From Candidatus Obscuribacterales bacterium (GTDB lineage: Bacteria > Cyanobacteriota > Vampirovibrionia > Obscuribacterales > Obscuribacteraceae): a stretch of DNA of 64,000 bases. Under the pieces are notes generated by a model. That model was not told where the DNA came from and ran no database searches. It was given only the letters and a program-made list of their open reading frames with translations. The position numbers and the translations under genes were made by a program. Location: the NCBI GenBank assembly GCA_965228855.1, contig CBDDIJ010000002.1:1184001-1248000 (forward strand). The letters run 5' to 3'. Of this stretch, positions 19,001 to 28,055 are shown in pieces. The first letter of the stretch is position 1; each line of letters starts with the position of its first letter.

Positions 19001-22000
19001 TGATTCTGCAAGGCGATCCTGGATCGGACGGCGCTGTTGGTCTGGTTCTGGAAGGAACTAAGAACCTGCTGATCAGCGGCAATGTTGTTGGTGGTGATAA
19101 CGTCACCATCACGACGGCGAACAAGAAAGGATTTGAAATCGGAGATGCGACGGTAGCCGGTCAGACTGGTATCGCCGCTGGTGAAGGTATTTCATCAACG
19201 GATACCCTCACTATCAACGCGCCTGGCAAAATCTCAATTAATCCGTCGTATCGGCTGTCTGCCACTAACGACGTGATCTTGAACAGCCCTGGCTTGATCG
19301 TTCAAAACGGTGGTGACATCATCCCGCTTGATCCGGCTGAGACACTGACCGTCACACTCAATGCCGGTGCTTCATCGAAAGCCGAATACAGCAACTTCAA
19401 CACGAACGGTTTGTTGTCAGCTGCAATTCTTCAATTGAATGCAACGGGAACGCTCACGTTGAATTCCGGGTCGAATCAGGTCCAAACCTATCTCTCGATA
19501 GGTATCGATCCGGATGGTCCTGGAAGTCTCGCTGGTGGTGGTTCATTCATCATCACAGCTGCAGATATCAAATATAGTTCCAAGGGCATCTTCTTCGATG
19601 CTTCGTCGGACGCGCCCGGAACTCCAAACGGAGGGACTGTAGAAATCACCTTGACCTCGACCAAGACGAAGAAGATTGGTCTCGGGAACGGAGCCATTCG
19701 AGCTGACGTTGCTTCTGAAATTGGCTACTTCGCTCCAGAGGGTGCAGGCACTTTCCGCCTGAGCCAGGCTGGAGCTATTCAGGCTACGGACGTACTCACC
19801 GGAGCGATTGACTTTGGTTATTCCGGTGCCTTCGAACTGACGTCGACGGGTTCGACAGTTTCAGCCTCCGAAGTATCGGGCTTCTTCGGTACTTTGTTCG
19901 CACTTCAAAGTAACAGCACGACCGCGCTTCTGGCTCAAGGGGCCGGAAAGAACGGTGTACAGGATGACAATTTCGTCGTGTTTGGTGGCAATATTGTCTT
20001 CGAAAACACTGGCGCTGTCGTCACCAACGGAGCCATCCTTGCCGGTACCGAACTTAACTTGACCTCAAATACCGAACTGGACTTGAGGCAAAATACTGGA
20101 GCGGGTTCGTTCTTCACGAATGGCTTCAACTTCTATGCATTTGCCAATCCTGACGGTGGTGGTGTCATTAATATGACGGCACCTAAGATCACAGTCAGCA
20201 ATCAGACTGGCGTGACGGTCGGAGCCGAGAATGGTATCACTGCTGCAGTGATAAATATCACGACGACCGATACCTCTAATGCTGGTAACATCACCATCGA
20301 TGCGCCATCCACCGGCGGTGCATTCTACTTGGATGTTGCCGACGGGGCTGCCGGAATCGGCGGCACGATTAACGTGACAGCAGGCAATATTCTCCGCGTC
20401 AACGGTGCTGGTCTCAATTTCGGACTGGATCCAGTAGCAGCCAAAGGCTCCGTTTTGTCGCTGACCTCAGGTCAAGCTACCGATACATATAAAGGTGGAA
20501 ACCTGGTGTTCAATAACCCCTCAGCAGCTGGGTTAGCTGGGCTGGGCTTCGGAACGGTCACGTTTAACAGCGGCAGCAGTTCTACGTTCTCGTTAAACGG
20601 AGTCAATGCAAATACAGGTAATGGTCTCTCTGATGGAGCACTAGCCGCCGGTCATATCATCATCTCGCCTAGAGGTGGTAACGGAGTGATCGACACAACC
20701 GACTACGCGCTCATCACGAACAATCTTGAGTTGCTAGCCACCACCATCAACTTCGATAATCAAACGATTAGCGTAGTTTCGGATGGCGCGGCCATTGGCA
20801 CAGGTAATATAAGTGGCAACGGCGGCTCAATCACAATTACCTCATCTGATTTGCGCTTCAGCAATCAGGGCGGGGTTCTTCTGCAAGCGCAAGCAAATCC
20901 TGCTATCGCAGGTTCTGTCGGCGGCACTATCGATATCACTGATTCAAGCACCCGCGTACTGGAGCTCGGTGCCGATGGATTCAGTTTCGACGTGAGCAAC
21001 TCCGGTGTAGGAGTGGGTCAGAAGGGTGGTTCGGTTTCTGTAAGCAAGACAAACAACGACCTGTTGGTGGATGGAAATGCTTTCACTTACGGCACTAATG
21101 TTGGCGGACTGCTTGACCTCAGTTCATCAGCCAACCTGTTGATCTCCAACGGTAGTGCACTGAACGGATACTTCCTCGATAAGGTGACACTGGAAAGCAC
21201 GGGTGGTGACCAGCCGTTCCAGTTCGGTGGTGCAACCGACAATGGATTCGCAGACATTGCTTCTGTGTTTACAGCCAGAGAAGTCGAAATCAACAGTACG
21301 GGAACCAACGCTGGAATTGACACCAGTGCAGGCACCGTATTTGCCTACATCCTGACGTTGAATACGTCGGGCAACGTCAACTTCCTCTCCGGTGGCGGCG
21401 TAACGGCACTCGCTAATCCGCTCAACGACAACGGAGGCTCAATCTACATTACCGCCGCTGGCTTGACCCAGTCCGGTGGCAGTGCTGGATATACATTGAC
21501 GGCAGCAGCTGGTGGCGCAGGTGGAGCGGGCGGTTTGATTGATATCACGCTCACAGGTACGAACGACCTGAACATCGGTACCGGTGATTTGAGCCTTGAT
21601 GTTTCAAACGATGGGGTCGGCTCGGCCGGCGGAATCGTCCACGTGAAGAACAACGGCAACGTCAATCTCGACTTTGCTGCTGTTGATTTCGGAAGCAACT
21701 TCGGAGGGCAAGGACCGGATGTAAATGTTCAAGCCAACGGGATTCTGCACGTTGAGAATGCTTCGTTGATTGCGAACATCGGTCTTGGTGGCGGACAGTT
21801 ATCGAACGCTCAAGTGATCGGAACAATCGCTCAAGACAACTTCCAGGTCATTACGATCACGAACCCGGCTCTGCCTGGTGGCTTCCTCAACATCATGTAT
21901 ACGAACCAGTCTACTGATACGGTTCAGTCAATCGCTGATGCCTTTGCAGAGTTGATTAACAGCAACCTGGAACTCCAGAATCTTGGAGTGTCGGCGATTG

Positions 22001-24318
22001 TTGATGAGAACGCTCAACTGACTCTGAGATCGACTACGTCTGGAACCACTTACAGCGTTTCATACAATCCAGATCCTGATTTCCACCTGGAAAACGGAGA
22101 CCCGATTCTTGCGATCAACCTATCGACGTTCACGACTGGTTTGACGCTAGGCTCTAAGAGCTCGCAAGCATTCGTTCTCGGTGGTGCCGCAGCTGGTGCT
22201 AACGGTATCGCTGATAACGGTTTGACGCTCGATATCGGAGCAATCAACATAAGTAACGTCGGTCTGATTCAGACTGCCACCATCGGCGGCCCCGCTAAGA
22301 TTGGTGTCACAGACAGTATCACCGTTACCGACGCGAGACTTGCGGATGGTTTCGTAACCGTGAGCTACACCTATGTTGATGGCGATTCTCGTGATGTGAT
22401 GGCTACCAACCTCGCCAACGCTATCAATGCGAATGTCGAACTGCAAGCAATTGGAGTTACGGCTTCTTCCGCGAGCGACGTAATCAATCTGTCTGCCATT
22501 GCAAGCACCACATCATTCAGCGCCGAAGCTGGCAAGACTTCAAAAGTTACGCTTGCGACGTCTGCTGAAGGCGGCAACATCGAGCAAGGAACTCTGGTGA
22601 GCCTTGGTGGTGCTTCGACCATCGGACCGGTCGCGTTGAATGCTAGCGGAGCAGTCGGTACTGCTACCGAAGCGATCCTCATCGCCTCAGGTGCAGGTGC
22701 GGTCAACGTCAGCGCCGGTCTCGACGCGAACGTTGAAATCGGCAATACGGTAAACACGATCAACACGACGGTCGGTGGAACCGCAAACATCCTCGTGACA
22801 GGCGGAGATGTAGGCGCAGTCAGTGGCTCTGCCGGCACTTTGAATTTCGAGTACGCCGGTGGAGTCGGTAACACGGCCACTGTCGGTCTCGCATCGTTCC
22901 AGACCACCAACGGTGATCTGAACTTCATCTCGAATGCTGAATCTTTGAATGTAAGTGGAACCGTCGGCTCAAGCTTCGGCAACATTCTCATTCAGAACTT
23001 GAGCACTTTGGGCTCAGCTAATATCGACATTGCAGCAAGCACGAAGATTCTCGGTTCTGGTGCAGTGACTGCGTTGAACCAGGGTAACGTCACGATCGTT
23101 ATCGGTGCCGCACCGCCGGCTTTCGTACCGGTTGACGGAGTTGCTCCGGCAGGCGTAACCATCAGAGAGACAGCGGGCGGGCAAGTCACCTTCGGTGCTG
23201 CCGTATCTAACCCGTTAGGTTCGATAACCTCCGATGTTTCTGCAACCTTCGAAGCGCTAGGACGTAACCTCGTATTCAACACCGGCTCGCTCGGCGCGAC
23301 TGCCATCACAGTTGGTGCTGATGCCATCATCACTGCTGACCCGCCGTCGGCAGGTGGTAGCTCGGTAGCCCAGATCCTGGCTAACATCGCTGCTGCTAAC
23401 GGCAGAACGACCGCCTCCGGCTCGCAATCCGGTGCTTCAGCTGCTCCTGCAGCGACTGGCAGCAGCGCTCGTGGTGCTGGTCTCGGCGGCTTCGAGTTGA
23501 CGTCAGCGGTTTCGAATCCAGTCACGACTGGTACTTCGATGCCATCGAACAACGCAGAGGCAACCACTGCAACCAATGTTCTCAACTCATTCAGCACGAT
23601 CAGCAACAACGCTGCTCCACTGGCTGGTTTGAACAGTGGAGCAATCCAATTCACGACTACCAGTTCTGCAACGTCTCGCGACATGCTCGGAACGTCATTC
23701 GGAATGGGAATTGCAGGTGCGCAAGAACAAGGTCTGACGGTGGACAGCGTCAAGCGCTCCAACGCCAACCTCTTGCTCGGTGAAGTGTCGAACGTGGAAC
23801 GTCGCAGTTTGAACCGCGGACCGCTGCTCGTTTCGCCAGTGAAGGACATGATTGTCGATACGCCTCATGGTTCGGTAAGCGTCGCAGCGAAATCGCTGTC
23901 GCTCCTTATCGTCAATGAGAACGGAGTCGCAATCTACAACTTGCACGATCACCACAAGCATGCCGTCAAGGTCCACAGAAGCGGACATACCGTTTCTGTT
24001 GCTCCTGGTACTTCAGCGATGATCTACGGTTCTAACTCCGGAGCATTCGAGGAAGTCAACCCGGCGGAGTTCATCCGCTACCGCGGTTTGCAAACTTCAA
24101 TGTTGAAGGATGCGAAACTCTATCGTGCTGAATTCGATGTGATTTCTCTGCTTGGCGCACTCCCTGCGTTTAAAGAGATGATGCAATCGGAGAGCGAAGA
24201 GACTCGCAAGGACATGAAGAACGTGCTGAAGACTGCAGCTATCTTGATGCAGTTGAGTGCAAACGGTCAGCCCTTCAAGTTCTACGCGAAGCCGCAAGTA
24301 ACTGCTATGTCGAAGTAA
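16009..24318 (+). CDS. Giant secreted beta-strand-repeat (filamentous-haemagglutinin-like) exoprotein, 2769 aa
   Basis: Sec-type signal ending AAPAMA; long Gly/Asn/Thr/Ala-rich beta-helix-like repeats (GGxIxIT, NxGxI); Ser/Ala/Thr linker; distinct ~190-aa C-terminal domain. Confidence 0.85.
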   Translation: MVERMSDKLDKIVNLQNRTALSISLGLACSIPLAAPAMAHPDADRQALREQRLLERAERREVRLENLAQRGGANFNLNSGRAVFSAGSLGNFNNLTINVGGRDKVVDLNSKLTAAELVAAQQVLNGGSQSIVIGRNGAADGGTISLNTGVLTGLEQSVGGNISSMTVARGVQVVDNNSGIDLSGTLRNFGTISAANELSGATNTISADTIINGRGGAIESYSGSDLFAADVALNAATSLTNNGSISSAGNLTITAPVISNVRDGSATPTMTAGLNVNLNTANLINDGLIAANAGNVNVNNAAGLTVAGAGTLQASGDINFDTTNSDITVAGGNLLSQNVNFNSGVDGKVNASFGEATGTINAEGCVVHLYADSSALNLGDITAYGDPIITNTGDIHITGAIAATNGAPLTLIAGGNIVSDAGNVGLNTSSAVGDGGDLSLIAGATFKTDKKTGNIVVSKKSKTGGLIDLTGGNGGTGAIASITTSSATGTAGDIQMVAFAAKTVGSGSVILPTGVTVTALGATGDGSVTIIGSTKEGTAVDAGNIDAGSILIGSGTPGYPKGGVAFDPVTGALLSAPFSIKSATAGTVNINGAVFASGDLNVTTGGALNVIGSLNAESESENMNITAGTVNVAAGGSILSDDNEVVTIKTSDAFTLDGTISVGTLNLTADSLLISTTGAMLDKLDNVTTKGAIQVDGQLGRQPGVIDPTRATTTLNVTAGGAFVIGATGNVSADGSITGSTFQNDGSSVGNLTYTATSKKAGGFVNNGYIDGLNVTVNSTFIQNASGAQLQATLQTLPTDIPTLTLNTTNIDNQGQIGAIGAWKESPGVLSINSTKGLTITGVDGGFFTDFQSTVSLTAAGDIVIGGNDGVTNSNPFSAIENNPGLGAFNVETTGAFESTISNITVQSDGEGNYGTINIVAKSIDYNGVGAAPAYDFIATGDAESTGKAPVSIEITGKQGITFGTAPGNINVEIYGFDKTNTASFITPTNLNVNMANLILQGDPGSDGAVGLVLEGTKNLLISGNVVGGDNVTITTANKKGFEIGDATVAGQTGIAAGEGISSTDTLTINAPGKISINPSYRLSATNDVILNSPGLIVQNGGDIIPLDPAETLTVTLNAGASSKAEYSNFNTNGLLSAAILQLNATGTLTLNSGSNQVQTYLSIGIDPDGPGSLAGGGSFIITAADIKYSSKGIFFDASSDAPGTPNGGTVEITLTSTKTKKIGLGNGAIRADVASEIGYFAPEGAGTFRLSQAGAIQATDVLTGAIDFGYSGAFELTSTGSTVSASEVSGFFGTLFALQSNSTTALLAQGAGKNGVQDDNFVVFGGNIVFENTGAVVTNGAILAGTELNLTSNTELDLRQNTGAGSFFTNGFNFYAFANPDGGGVINMTAPKITVSNQTGVTVGAENGITAAVINITTTDTSNAGNITIDAPSTGGAFYLDVADGAAGIGGTINVTAGNILRVNGAGLNFGLDPVAAKGSVLSLTSGQATDTYKGGNLVFNNPSAAGLAGLGFGTVTFNSGSSSTFSLNGVNANTGNGLSDGALAAGHIIISPRGGNGVIDTTDYALITNNLELLATTINFDNQTISVVSDGAAIGTGNISGNGGSITITSSDLRFSNQGGVLLQAQANPAIAGSVGGTIDITDSSTRVLELGADGFSFDVSNSGVGVGQKGGSVSVSKTNNDLLVDGNAFTYGTNVGGLLDLSSSANLLISNGSALNGYFLDKVTLESTGGDQPFQFGGATDNGFADIASVFTAREVEINSTGTNAGIDTSAGTVFAYILTLNTSGNVNFLSGGGVTALANPLNDNGGSIYITAAGLTQSGGSAGYTLTAAAGGAGGAGGLIDITLTGTNDLNIGTGDLSLDVSNDGVGSAGGIVHVKNNGNVNLDFAAVDFGSNFGGQGPDVNVQANGILHVENASLIANIGLGGGQLSNAQVIGTIAQDNFQVITITNPALPGGFLNIMYTNQSTDTVQSIADAFAELINSNLELQNLGVSAIVDENAQLTLRSTTSGTTYSVSYNPDPDFHLENGDPILAINLSTFTTGLTLGSKSSQAFVLGGAAAGANGIADNGLTLDIGAINISNVGLIQTATIGGPAKIGVTDSITVTDARLADGFVTVSYTYVDGDSRDVMATNLANAINANVELQAIGVTASSASDVINLSAIASTTSFSAEAGKTSKVTLATSAEGGNIEQGTLVSLGGASTIGPVALNASGAVGTATEAILIASGAGAVNVSAGLDANVEIGNTVNTINTTVGGTANILVTGGDVGAVSGSAGTLNFEYAGGVGNTATVGLASFQTTNGDLNFISNAESLNVSGTVGSSFGNILIQNLSTLGSANIDIAASTKILGSGAVTALNQGNVTIVIGAAPPAFVPVDGVAPAGVTIRETAGGQVTFGAAVSNPLGSITSDVSATFEALGRNLVFNTGSLGATAITVGADAIITADPPSAGGSSVAQILANIAAANGRTTASGSQSGASAAPAATGSSARGAGLGGFELTSAVSNPVTTGTSMPSNNAEATTATNVLNSFSTISNNAAPLAGLNSGAIQFTTTSSATSRDMLGTSFGMGIAGAQEQGLTVDSVKRSNANLLLGEVSNVERRSLNRGPLLVSPVKDMIVDTPHGSVSVAAKSLSLLIVNENGVAIYNLHDHHKHAVKVHRSGHTVSVAPGTSAMIYGSNSGAFEEVNPAEFIRYRGLQTSMLKDAKLYRAEFDVISLLGALPAFKEMMQSESEETRKDMKNVLKTAAILMQLSANGQPFKFYAKPQVTAMSK
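21808..22500 (+). repeat. Two copies of a ~90-aa inserted domain inside the giant exoprotein
   Basis: ITITNPALPGGFLNIMYTNQSTDTVQSIADAFAELINSNLELQNLGVSA versus ITVTDARLADGFVTVSYTYVDGDSRDVMATNLANAINANVELQAIGVTA. Confidence 0.75.
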
Positions 24319-24348
24319 ATCGATAAGGCAGACTGGATAGGTAAATGG

Positions 24349-24374
24349 AAAGCCAGGCGTGATGCCTGGCTTTT
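24349..24374 (+). terminator. Rho-independent terminator after the giant exoprotein
   Basis: AAAGCCAGGC-gtgat-GCCTGGCTTT followed by T, 30 nt after the stop. Confidence 0.8.
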
Positions 24375-24418
24375 CTGTGTCTTGGAGCTGTTTCTCTCGA
24401 TGGCCGGTGGTAGCAAGC

Positions 24419-24595
24419 TCAGTTTGGCAGGTCGGTGTCGAGATAGATTTCGTCGGATGAAATCTTGAGGGCGCCGCCTGGAAAGCTCTGTAGTTCTAAT
24501 TCGAACGATGAGGAAAAATAATCGGTGATCCAGTTGCTATCAACATTCCTGTGGACTGAGATGTGCCGACGATCTTGTGAAACAATAACGCACAA
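24419..24595 (-). pseudogene. Remnant resembling the C-terminus of a Uma2-family (PD-(D/E)XK) endonuclease
   Basis: Own translation: LCVIVSQDRRHISVHRNVDSNWITDYFSSSFELELQSFPGGALKISSDEIYLDTDLPN*; resembles the Uma2 tail (xxlVsQd.r.vevyr...W.....l.L.S.....l.ldeIY); an in-frame TGA lies 3 codons upstream, so the N-terminal part is missing. Confidence 0.5.
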
Positions 24596-24774
24596 TCTTG
24601 TTCAAAGCGCTTTGCCTCAGAACATTTGGATTTGCAGGCGTTTGGCAAGAGGATTTGTCGAAAAGGCGGTTGGTTTGTTAACGAGTAGCGCGGGCACCTG
24701 AAGTGGTGTCCGCGCCGTAGTGTTTGCGACGGGTGACTGCGAGCTTTTACGTCGAAGCTGAAGTACCGATTCAG

Positions 24775-25677
24775 TTATTTATTGCTGATGAATTCAGGTA
24801 TCTGTAGTTCGCGCAGGTCCGAAAGTAGGTCTCTACCGGTTGGCTGCCAGTCGAGTTCTTCGCGGGTTATGTCACTAGATGCGGTGCTATCCATTCCGGC
24901 GAACATCGCCATCAGTCCGAAGTATTTCGCCGCCTCTTCTTCTGAAATCGAAACGGCTGGAATGCCAAGCCGTTTCGCGAAGGTCTGGGTAATATCCTTC
25001 AGCGGAACGCCACTTTCCGCGATGGCGTGATAGCGTGCGCCGGCGCGGTGTTTTTCGAGCGCCAGGCGATAGAGGCGCGCGCAGTCGTCGACGTGGACAG
25101 CGGGGTAGCGATTGCTTCCGTCGCCAATGTACGCTGCGCTGCCCTTCTGCTGAGCGATTGCGATGAGGAAGGTGACTAGACCTTGTTTGGAACGGTCGTG
25201 AACCTGAGGGAGGCGGACGACCGATGCATTTATGCCTCGTTCAAAAAGCGCCTGGGCTGTGTGTTCCGATGCTCGTGGGTAGGTTGGTGAAACCGGTGGT
25301 GGCATGTCGTGTTCCGTCACTTCGCGATTTTTTCCGAAGAGGCCGATTCCGGATGTTACGATGATTGGCTTTTGGGTGCCTTCGAGCGCAGCGCCAAGGG
25401 TTTCGATTGCAATGGCGTCGGTTTTGCAACCGTTTGCGAAATCTGAAAAGTCATGGATGAAAGCCAGGTGTATAACGGCGTCGCATTCGGCCGCGCCTTT
25501 GGTTAAACTGTCGAGCTGTGTCAACGAGCCGCGCAAAACTTCGCCGCCGGCGTTTTCGATTAATTTTGCCGATGTGTCTGATCGTGCCAGACCCAACACC
25601 GTGTGTCCGTTTTCGACTAACTCTTTCGTAAGAGCTAAACCAATGAAACCGCTCGCACCTGTAATGAATACCCGCAT
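24775..25677 (-). CDS. Atypical SDR / NAD-dependent epimerase-dehydratase family oxidoreductase
   Basis: N-terminal VFITGASGFIG Rossmann motif, VIHLAFIHDF, VHVDD; GGAG RBS. Confidence 0.9.
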   Translation of the reverse strand: MRVFITGASGFIGLALTKELVENGHTVLGLARSDTSAKLIENAGGEVLRGSLTQLDSLTKGAAECDAVIHLAFIHDFSDFANGCKTDAIAIETLGAALEGTQKPIIVTSGIGLFGKNREVTEHDMPPPVSPTYPRASEHTAQALFERGINASVVRLPQVHDRSKQGLVTFLIAIAQQKGSAAYIGDGSNRYPAVHVDDCARLYRLALEKHRAGARYHAIAESGVPLKDITQTFAKRLGIPAVSISEEEAAKYFGLMAMFAGMDSTASSDITREELDWQPTGRDLLSDLRELQIPEFISNK

Positions 25678-25772
25678 TTTAAATTCTCCTTTCCACCGCG
25701 CGGCTGCAAACGCCCAAGGGGCGTCGATTTAAGAGCCGCAGCTGTTTTACTCTGTTATTCTCGCGCGTGGTA

Positions 25773-25824
25773 TTATCCAGGTAAAGTAGTGGATTTATAC
25801 TGGTATAACGAGTACCAGGGTATT
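25773..25824. promoter_or_regulatory. Putative operator of the divergent XRE/MmyB regulator
   Basis: Perfect inverted repeat CTGGTA-N7-TACCAG (25800-25818) plus a related half-site 22 bp upstream (TTATCCAGGTAAA vs TTATACTGGTATA), between the divergent SDR and regulator genes. Confidence 0.5.
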
Positions 25825-25851
25825 GGTGGTTCCCAGTGGGCGGGTTGTGAG

Positions 25852-26718
25852 ATGGGTGAGAACGAGTTAGGTGCTTATCTTCGGGATAGGCGGACGAAGT
25901 TGGAGCCGGCTGCGCTTGGGTTTTCGACGAAGCGGCGGCGGACTGCCGGGCTGAGGCGCGAAGAGGTCGCGCAGCGGGCTAGCATAAGTGCGACCTGGTA
26001 TACGTGGCTTGAGCAGGGGCGCGGTGGTTCACCATCAACTGATGTTCTGGAGCGAATCGCTCTGGCTTTGATGATGACGGAAGCGGAGCGCGAGCACTTG
26101 TTCCTCTTAGCTCTCGGTCATCCTCCGGCGTTGAAGACCCAGGTCGAAACCGGCATTACGCCTAGATTACAGAGACTACTTGATTCGATGGAGGGAACTC
26201 CTGCGATGATCAAAACTTGTACCTGGGATATCGTGGCATGGAATAAAGCCGCATCAGCTGTGTTTTTCAAATACGAGGCGCTTCCACCTGAACAGCGAAA
26301 TACTTTGCGACTCATGTTTCTCAGTCCTGATGTTCGTGCTGCGCAAGCTGACTGGGAGAGCGTTGCCCGGTATGTCGTCGAGACATTTCGCGCCGATGTC
26401 ACGCGCGCAGGTTACGATGTGACGGAGCTAGTCTCGGAGCTCAGCAGCCTGAGCCCTGATTTTAAGCGCATCTGGAACGAGCACAATGTTCGAACGCATG
26501 GCGAGGCGATGAAGACATTGTTTCATCCGGTGGTTGGAAAGCTTCAATTAGACGTTTCATCGTTCATCGTAGATGGGCGTCCTGACCTGAGCATGGCGAT
26601 CTATGTTCCAGTCACTCAGGGAGATAAAGACAAAATAGCTTCTTTATTGCAGCAGACTCGAAAAGTTTCGGACTCCGAATATCAGGGACAGACTTTATCC
26701 AGTCAGCTTTCTAGTTAA
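25852..26718 (+). CDS. XRE-family HTH transcriptional regulator with MmyB-like ligand-binding domain
   Basis: LGAYLRDRR...RRRTAGLRREEVAQRASISATWYTWLEQGRG, WDIVAWNKAA, HPVVGKL. Start moved to ATG 25852. Confidence 0.92.
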   Translation: MGENELGAYLRDRRTKLEPAALGFSTKRRRTAGLRREEVAQRASISATWYTWLEQGRGGSPSTDVLERIALALMMTEAEREHLFLLALGHPPALKTQVETGITPRLQRLLDSMEGTPAMIKTCTWDIVAWNKAASAVFFKYEALPPEQRNTLRLMFLSPDVRAAQADWESVARYVVETFRADVTRAGYDVTELVSELSSLSPDFKRIWNEHNVRTHGEAMKTLFHPVVGKLQLDVSSFIVDGRPDLSMAIYVPVTQGDKDKIASLLQQTRKVSDSEYQGQTLSSQLSS

Positions 26719-26961
26719 AGGCGCGCTTGCTCAGGGTATTAACGGAAGTGATTGAGTTCTTCATTTTGTGCTTGAGGAACTCAATCGTGTCTACGAGAGA
26801 ATGACGGAATTCTCAAAAAGTGGCAATGCCTCATAGACACGAGACACCTGTGCAGAGCTTCAAACACCGTATTCGCCCTATGCACCAGGGTTTTGCGTTT
26901 GCTGCGTTATGAAGGCATATAGTAGAGGTTTTTTATATGGTAGGGGGTTTTTTCTGGGGGG

Positions 26962-28032
26962 TTAGGGGCGGAGGAAGTGGCGCAGGTGGTCGACTTCTTC
27001 GTTGAATGCGGTTTTGAAGGCTCTGTCTTTGGGTTTCGAGCGGACGAAACCTGTTTCAATTTCGAATGTTCCTGATTGGGTTGAGACATTTGCCCAGCCG
27101 ATTATGTCGTCTTGCCAGAGCAGTGGCATCGCATAATAGCCCATCTTTCGCTTCGGCGGCGGGGTGTAGGCTTCAAAGCGGTACGACCAATTCCACAGAT
27201 GTTCGAAACGTTTGCGATCCCACACAAGCGGATCGAACGGAGCCAATATTCGCACCGTCTGTGGTGCGGTGCCGGCACCCATCACATCCGACGGCCAGAC
27301 ATAGCTGATGCCGTCTATTTGGGCTTGAACTAGCGCACCGTTTGCGATCAGTTCCTTTACGATTGTTTGCCGTCCAGTTAGAGTCGGAGCGGAAAATCGC
27401 AAGTGAGTTATCGCTGCCCGCAGGCTCGATTCCGGCAAGGGACTCAGAATCTTTGTAATAAGCAGCACAAGTCTTTGGAGTCTCACCTCAGGGGTCAGCG
27501 ACTGTTCGATCTTGCTTGCCGGTCCGTAAACTTTAATGCCCTCTTCGCGGCGTGTGATTCTGAGCAGACCTCGGTAATGCAATTCTTCCAGTATGCGAGT
27601 GGAAACTTTTGAATATCCACCCCATGCATTTATCTCGCGTGCTTCACCGAGATGTGGTTTCAGATCCCTGGGATGCAGTTCACCGGCTTCAAGAGCCAGG
27701 TTTAAAACTACTTGCTCCTGTTTCGACATTCTTGCTTCGTGACGTGGATGAAGCAGTGTCCAGTTCTGCCTTGATAAAAAACCATAGGCATAGAGTAAAT
27801 CTTCTTCGATATCAAGCTTGGAGTAGCGCTTTTCAAGGTCGCCTGCACGGTAGTTTTTGACACGATGACGCAGAATCAAATCCTGGGCACGAGCGGGAGA
27901 CCTAATGGGATCGGCTTGCACGAAGCCCATGGTATCAATGGCCGACTGTAGTGAAACGGGCTTGAATAGCGAATTGCCAATCGCCATTGCTCGAAGGTCT
28001 TTTGTGCTCGCAGGCGGTTTTGACATATTCAA
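26962..28032 (-). CDS. YcaQ/AlkZ-like (HTH_42) DNA crosslink-repair glycosylase
   Basis: QxD motif (FVQADPI), PFDPLVWDR, FEAYTPPPKRKMGYY; true start may be ATG 28026. Confidence 0.85.
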   Translation of the reverse strand: MNMSKPPASTKDLRAMAIGNSLFKPVSLQSAIDTMGFVQADPIRSPARAQDLILRHRVKNYRAGDLEKRYSKLDIEEDLLYAYGFLSRQNWTLLHPRHEARMSKQEQVVLNLALEAGELHPRDLKPHLGEAREINAWGGYSKVSTRILEELHYRGLLRITRREEGIKVYGPASKIEQSLTPEVRLQRLVLLITKILSPLPESSLRAAITHLRFSAPTLTGRQTIVKELIANGALVQAQIDGISYVWPSDVMGAGTAPQTVRILAPFDPLVWDRKRFEHLWNWSYRFEAYTPPPKRKMGYYAMPLLWQDDIIGWANVSTQSGTFEIETGFVRSKPKDRAFKTAFNEEVDHLRHFLRP

Positions 28033-28055
28033 CTGCGTGTTGGTGAGCAGAAAAC

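Noticed and set aside
16125..24297. Numerous minus-strand ORFs (up to 285 aa) inside the giant gene
   Set aside because: Antisense shadows of a codon-biased Gly/Ala/Thr-rich gene; no RBS or recognisable domains.
16009..24318. Autotransporter, TpsA or RTX assignment for the giant protein
   Set aside because: No C-terminal beta-barrel, NPNG motif, GGxGxD repeats or adjacent transporter.
26941..26975. G-rich tract as a possible G-quadruplex
   Set aside because: Only three long G runs, partly the ycaQ-like stop region; no supporting context.
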